64,000 nt of DNA. It comes from Octopus vulgaris. Its lineage: Eukaryota. The stretch lies in assembly GCA_951406725.2 (NCBI GenBank), contig OX597817.1:136028001-136092000 (forward strand). The letters are read 5' to 3'. The position numbers and the translations under genes were made by a program. Within the stretch, counting starts at the first letter, position 1. Each line of letters opens with the position of its first letter. The notes beneath the pieces were generated by a model. The model was not told the origin of the DNA, made no database searches, and saw only the letters and a list, made by a program, of their open reading frames with translations. This document shows, one piece after another, positions 57,977 to 64,000 of this stretch.

Positions 57977-58332
57977 GGTGCAATGGCCCAGTGCTTAGGG
58001 CAGCGCACGTAGGATCGCGGTTTCGATTCCCACACCGGGCATTGTGAGTGCCTATTGACCGAAAACACCTAAAGCTCCTCGAGGCTCCGGTCAAGGGTGG
58101 TGGCGAACCCTGCTATACTCTTTCACTACAACTTTCTCACTCTTTTTCTTTTTTCATGTTTTTGTTGTACCTGTATTTTCAAAGGGCTAGCCTTGTCACA
58201 ATTTGTTTCACACTGAATCTCCCCGAGGACTATGTTAAGGGTACACGTGTCTGTGGAGTGTTCAGCCATATGCACGTTAATTTCACGAGCAGGCTGTTCC
58301 GTTGATTGGATCAACTGGAACCCTCGTCGTCG
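57977..58332 (+). mobile_element. tRNA-SINE family 2
   Basis: Matches 1620-2000 and 27437-27756. Confidence 0.85.
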
Positions 58333-58352
58333 TAACCGACAGAGTGCCACGA

Positions 58353-58390
<38 letters not shown>

Positions 58391-59223
58391 ATATGCACAC
58401 ACATATCGATTTTGTACATGGTTATCAACTGACTTATCTAAGACTGGGTATCGAAACTGAAATTATTCAATAGTGGAACAGGTCTCATTGTTGAAGTCAC
58501 TTGCAGTTTATATTTAATAGTGCTGTCTATTAAGACGCAGGAAGAAGTTTCGTCGCACTCTTACTGCTTGTACACTGACACAATTCTCTTATATCTGGGG
58601 ATGAAATAAAAAATGCGTCTGTCAGCAGGTCACAATATGTGTATTCATTTGTGGTGAATAGTATAAAACAGCATGTATGTATGTATGTATGTATGTATGT
58701 ATCTATGTGTGTGTATGTATGTATGTATGTATGTATGTATGTATGTATGTATGTATGTATGTATGTATGTATGTATGTATGTATCCGTGTGTATGTATGT
58801 ACATATCTGTCCTCGGTATGACATTAAATGCCATCCAATGGTAGGACTCCAATTTCAGAGTTCTGCAATTGTAGGAAGCGTAGGTTCACCCCTTAACTAC
58901 CATTACTTCCAGGTCCGTTTTTACCCGGAACAATATTACCAGTCAGCGTTCCATCTATGATTTAAATAGATTTCGCAGAAAAAAATGCAGCCTTTGTTAT
59001 ATTATTATTATTTTTTTTTTGTCCTCAGGAGGCTAAACATAGAGAGGACAAACAAAGGGATTAAGTCGATTACATTGACCCAGTGCGTAACTGGTACTTA
59101 TTTAATCGACCCCGAAAGGCTGAAAGGCTGAAAGGCCTTTGTTATATTTTTGACAAGGCCATGGGAGAGTGCAGCTCGTATAGGAGAAACACTCTCTAGC
59201 ATAAATCCTGCAGTCAAAATAAT

Positions 59224-59422
59224 CTCTTCTACTCTAGGCACAAGGACCGAAATTTTTTGCGGGGTTGGGGGCCAGTCGATTAGATAGGCCCCAGTACTCA
59301 ACTGGCACTTAATTTATCGACCCCGAAAGGATGAAAGGCAAAGTCGACCTCGGCGGAATTTGAACTCAGACAGACGAAATACCGCTAAACATTTCGCCCG
59401 GCGTTCTAACCTCTCGCCGCCT
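59224..59422 (-). mobile_element. SINE family 3 with TSD TCCTGCAGTCAAAA(A)TAAT
   Basis: Direct repeats at 59206-59223 and 59423-59441. Confidence 0.85.
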
Positions 59423-60129
59423 TCCTGCAGTCAAAAATAATAACGATTCATCTTGCAATGAAACCTGATTTGGCGACAGAAAGAGCGGCAAAAGTGTTGC
59501 ACAAGCTTTTGACACTGAAATCCATTGACGTACAGATGCCTTACTATCAATTGAATGGGTGACACAAATCATATGACAAGATGTGACAATCATCGTATAT
59601 TCTTAGGTTCGAATTCAACGATTTCCTGAATCATTACAGTGTTTAGCGTTGACTTTTCAACTTCGTACACTAAGGTTCTCACAACAAAATCTCCAGGCTG
59701 GCAGATTCCTCCGCCATATGAACTGCCAAATTCGCGATAGCATTGAAGATTTAATTTAAAAAAACTTTTAGAAAACTGAAATTGGAAATCACAATTAGAA
59801 TTAAATGTGTTGTATGCTTCTTGAATATTTACACACGATCTCATCACAGGTAAATATTAAACCTGCAGATAATTTAACAAAGATGAACGCTATACCAACA
59901 GAAAATTTCAGTACAATCGTAAAAAAAATAAGTTTGTCAGAAACATTGATAAACGAATTTCTAAAATCAGAAAGAATCGTTCAACCGGGCAGCACTAAAA
60001 TAACGATTGGGGAAAATAAAGTTGATCCTCTAAAATAGAATAGATGTAAAATAACAATACACACACACATACATTCACACACACATACATTCACACACAT
60101 ATGCATACACATGCGTACGCATATATACA

Positions 60130-60620
60130 CAAACCGGAAAACAGAATATGAGAGAATTCCATGCCACTCCCCTCAGTAGAAGTACTGTCATTTGGAAACT
60201 TCTGAGCATTGAAAATACAAACATTTCTCTTATAACCACAAACTTTTCAATAACAATGACTTAAAAGATAGTTGCAACTGAAGTGATGATATGAACCGCC
60301 TCTCGAGTTTGAACACAAAAAAAAAAAAATCTGACATTTAAGAATAAACCAAACCCTCTACCACAATGCAACTGCTGTGACGTCACATCCTGTCTTCATT
60401 GAAGCAGTTACTAACAAAAGCACTAGCTGAATCAAGACAAAGTGCTTTCGGCAGAAAACAACGAGAATTACATCGGACTTACTGGATGCACGTTCAAGCA
60501 TGAATATGCTCTACACAGCCACTCGTTCAGGTCATTAAATAAACGAAACTGAACCTCACTATCAATGCGTATATCAGGAGTCTTGTGCTGGAAGTGAGGA
60601 AGGGGTACATTTGGGTTGCG
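60130..60620 (+). pseudogene. Degenerate Penelope-like (Naiad-like) GIY-YIG fragment
   Basis: HKLFNNNDLKDSC, CNCC..SC, ENYIGLTGCTFKHEYALHSHSFR..N*TSLS parallel the 4599-5405 protein. Confidence 0.65.
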
Positions 60621-60722
60621 CATATCGGTCAACCGATTGAAACAGGTACCTAGAATTACCTTGATCAAGATATACTTGGGACTAACACAACAACTAGTTT
60701 AGACTAAATACACCAAATTACC

Positions 60723-60953
60723 TATTTCTTTATTACCCACAAGGGGCTAAACACAGAGGGGACAAACAAGGACATACATAGGTATTAAGTCGATTACATC
60801 GACCACAGTGCGTAACTGGTACTTAATTTATCGACCCCGAAAGGATGAAAGGCAAAGTCGACCTCGGCGGAATTTGAACTCACAACGTAACGCAGACGAA
60901 ATACCGCTAAGCATTTCGCCCGGCGTGCTAACGTTTCTGCCAGCTCGCCGCCT
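60723..60953 (-). mobile_element. SINE family 3, full length, 16-bp TSD
   Basis: AATACACCAAATTACC at 60707-60722 and 60955-60970. Confidence 0.9.
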
Positions 60954-61338
60954 CAATACACCAAATTACCATTCTCTTGAACAAAGATGGCAATGTTTGG
61001 TTCCATTTCTTTAAACGGAAAAAACTACCACACAATACAACCCACCAACAAACCCCCAAAATATACGAATAATTCTATTTTTAAATCCACCTAAATTAAA
61101 GTTTCGAAGCATTCCGTTGCAACGATTTTATCTGAACCAACAGGAAAACCTCAACAGGGCCATGCAATAAGGCACATGCATCACAACCAAATCCACTCAC
61201 AGGGTGCCACGCAGTGGGACTGAACCCGGAACCATGTGGTTTGGAAGCAAGCTTCTTACCACATACCCATTCCTGCGCATATATATATATACGTATGTAG
61301 ACATAATACATACATACATACATACATACATACATACA

Positions 61339-61388
<50 letters not shown>

Positions 61389-61769
61389 CATTATATATGT
61401 ATATATATAATTCACCTCTGGAAACATGGGTGTTTCGTTCGACATCCTTAAACAAAGTTTATTCAGGGACCATTTGAGCAGGATGGGCTAATCATCCTGA
61501 AGAAAATTCTCGCTGGGCCACCACCTGCAAGGTCATGCGATATTTGATATAGCAGTCAAATGGCCTTTAAATCACACTCTACTGTCTTAAAACTATAAAA
61601 ACACAGCGGTCAGTATAGTCATAGAGATAGGAATAAGTGAGATGATTATGGCTGGAACGTCTTTCATACTAGGTCTGCTCGATCTGGTCTGAGTTGTGAC
61701 CAAACGACTAATTTACTTCAAATGTTTCACCAACTTTTACACACACACGCACACACACACAACGTATTC

Positions 61770-61973
61770 TTTAACTAGTTTCACTCATTTGACTGCGGCC
61801 ATGCCGGAGCACTGCCTTTTGTCCAAAAAATCGACTCCAGGACATAATCTTCGAAAGCCTAATACTTATTCTATCGGTCTCTTATGCTGAACCGTTAAGT
61901 TGCGGGGATGTAGACACACCAACATAGACTCAAAAATAAATACATAAATATGCATGTATGTATATATATGTAT

Positions 61974-62023
<50 letters not shown>

Positions 62024-62140
62024 GACGGGCTTCTTTCAGTTTCCATCTACCAAATCCACTCACGGAGTGCCACGCAGTGGGACTGAACCCGGAACCATGT
62101 GGTTTGGAAGCAAGCTTCTTACCACATACCCATTCCTGCG
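61770..62140 (-). mobile_element. tRNA-SINE family 1, internally deleted; head plus flank duplicated at about 61188-61408
   Basis: Tail and head match family 1. Confidence 0.8.
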
Positions 62141-62209
62141 CATATATATATATACGTTTGTAGACATAATACATACATACATACATACATACATACATAC
62201 ATACATACA

Positions 62210-62245
<36 letters not shown>

Positions 62246-62266
62246 TACATACATATATATACATTA

Positions 62267-62309
<43 letters not shown>

Positions 62310-62455
62310 AATATGCACACACACATGTATTAATATATGCATATATGAATGCATGCATAATCTCACATACTATAGTTTCCTCTGTATGTAATAGAAATAG
62401 ATAGATAGATAGAGAGAGAGAGATAAAGAGAGAGACAGACAGAAAGCAGACAAAC

Positions 62456-62554
<99 letters not shown>

Positions 62555-62969
62555 CAGAGGATAGACGAGAGACAGAAATAAAGACTGAGATTGAATGATA
62601 CGGATAGAGAGAGAGAGAAAGAAAGAGGAAGAGAGAATGAGAGAGTGAAAGAAAAGGAGTTTTGTGTCAGTTAATATGAATACAGGTTGAAGTGTGTGTG
62701 TGTATATGTGTGTGTGTATGCGTGTGTGTGTGTGTGTGTTTGCTACTTTGCTTCTATGTGTTACATTGCGAGCATACTGCAATGCGTATGTGTTACACAG
62801 TGTGTGTGTGTGTGTGTGTTTTACATTGTGTGTCACATTGTGTATGTGTGTTCGTTTTCATATATTGTGTGTGCATGTTGTATCATTTGGGCGTGTGTGT
62901 GTGTGTGTGCGTGTGTTATATGCATGTGTTTAGATTTCGTGTGTGTCATATTGTATGTATATTATCTTT

Positions 62970-63022
<53 letters not shown>

Positions 63023-63149
63023 CATGGGTGGGGAAACCAGGTTTATATGCAAGTGTAAGCACAAATTTATAACAGAGGTGTATAAGCAAGATACACACAC
63101 AAACACACACACACATATACACACACACATATACACACATATATACACA

Positions 63150-63180
<31 letters not shown>

Positions 63181-63204
63181 GATAAAACTATATATTCTCA
63201 TATA

Positions 63205-63335
63205 CAGGGTGTCCCCAAAAAATGTATACACACCTTAAATAATTGTAAATTTGTTATTCTTTGTAAGCCTAGTACTTATTCTATCGTTCTCTTTTGCCGA
63301 ACCACTATGTGTATACATTTTTTTGGGACACCCTG
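63205..63335. mobile_element. Tc1/mariner-type MITE
   Basis: TA-flanked approx. 28-bp TIRs CAGGGTGTCCCCAAAAAATGTATACACA / TGTGTATACATTTTTTTGGGACACCCTG. Confidence 0.85.
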
Positions 63336-63721
63336 TATATATAGAATGCACATGTTACACGGACTTCTATTTTCTTTCGCTTCTCTTTTACTTGTTTCAA
63401 TCATTAGACTGCGGCCAAGATGGAGCACACCCTTGGAGAATTATTAGTCGAATGAATCGACCCCCAGTACTTATTCGCGTAGACTTGTGAGTCGAAGGAA
63501 CGGAACTGGAGAGGGCACTCGCTCCTGCGGGTTCAGGGAAAGCTCCAAAAGTGGGGTTTCTCGATTATCCCTAGCGACCTTCCTGTATCAGGAGGGCCAC
63601 ATCTCTATCCTCCTCCCCTCTACATTTTTTTAAACCTTTGTATGCTATGCATATGTCCCTTCTTTTTCAGCGTATACCGTGTATACTTTTGTTCTTTCTT
63701 TCCTTCATTTTTTATAAATCA

Positions 63722-64000
63722 CTAGCAGTATCGCCCGGCGTTGCTCGGTTTGTAAGGGAAATAACTATATAAGCATTTTTAGAGAGTTATAGCCAAAAAA
63801 TAGCAAAAAAATGCATTAAAAATGGAAAAAAAATGATGGTAAATTTTTTTTAAATCGTTGACTCATCGTAGACATTTTAGAGAGTTACTTCCCTTATATA
63901 ATAGTGAAAAAAATGCATTAAAATGGAAAAAATGATGGTAAATTATTTTTAAAATCGTAGACTCATCGTAGACGCGCGCTAATACCCAGAAGGGCTCGAT
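63722..64000 (-). mobile_element. Non-autonomous Helitron (same family, runs off window)
   Basis: ACTAGCAGTATCGCCCGGCGTTGCTCGG 3' end and internal subrepeats. Confidence 0.85.

Noticed and set aside
59590-60038. ORFs 59590-59847 and 59805-60038 as host exons
   Set aside because: No recognisable domain or convincing splice sites; probably decayed transposon sequence.

Overview
This is repeat-saturated, AT-rich eukaryotic DNA, most likely from a cephalopod (Octopus-like). That assignment is inferred from the mollusc-type 5S rRNA copy, the tRNA-SINE families and the very high microsatellite load. No host protein-coding gene can be supported, and almost all ORFs in the track are translations of (CA)/(TA)/(TACA)/(TAA) microsatellites. 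The real coding relics are all from transposons: a near-intact 5'-truncated CR1-type LINE, Penelope-like GIY-YIG fragments, several R4/Dong-type RLE LINE fragments sitting in (TAA)n tracts, an RTE fragment and mariner/maT transposase pseudogenes. Non-autonomous Helitrons, a MITE and three tRNA-SINE families are also present. The most interesting layer is non-coding. About a dozen type I hammerhead ribozyme (HHR) motifs of several sequence families lie in Penelope-LTR-like relics, one of them with a compensatory G3:C8 core swap. A tRNA-headed, HHR-tailed SINE-like element has inverted ends and a 12-bp TSD. Pol III-type inserts (that element and a 5S rRNA retrocopy) share a 5' fold-back signature, and long palindromes occur. 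All motif calls were made by eye.
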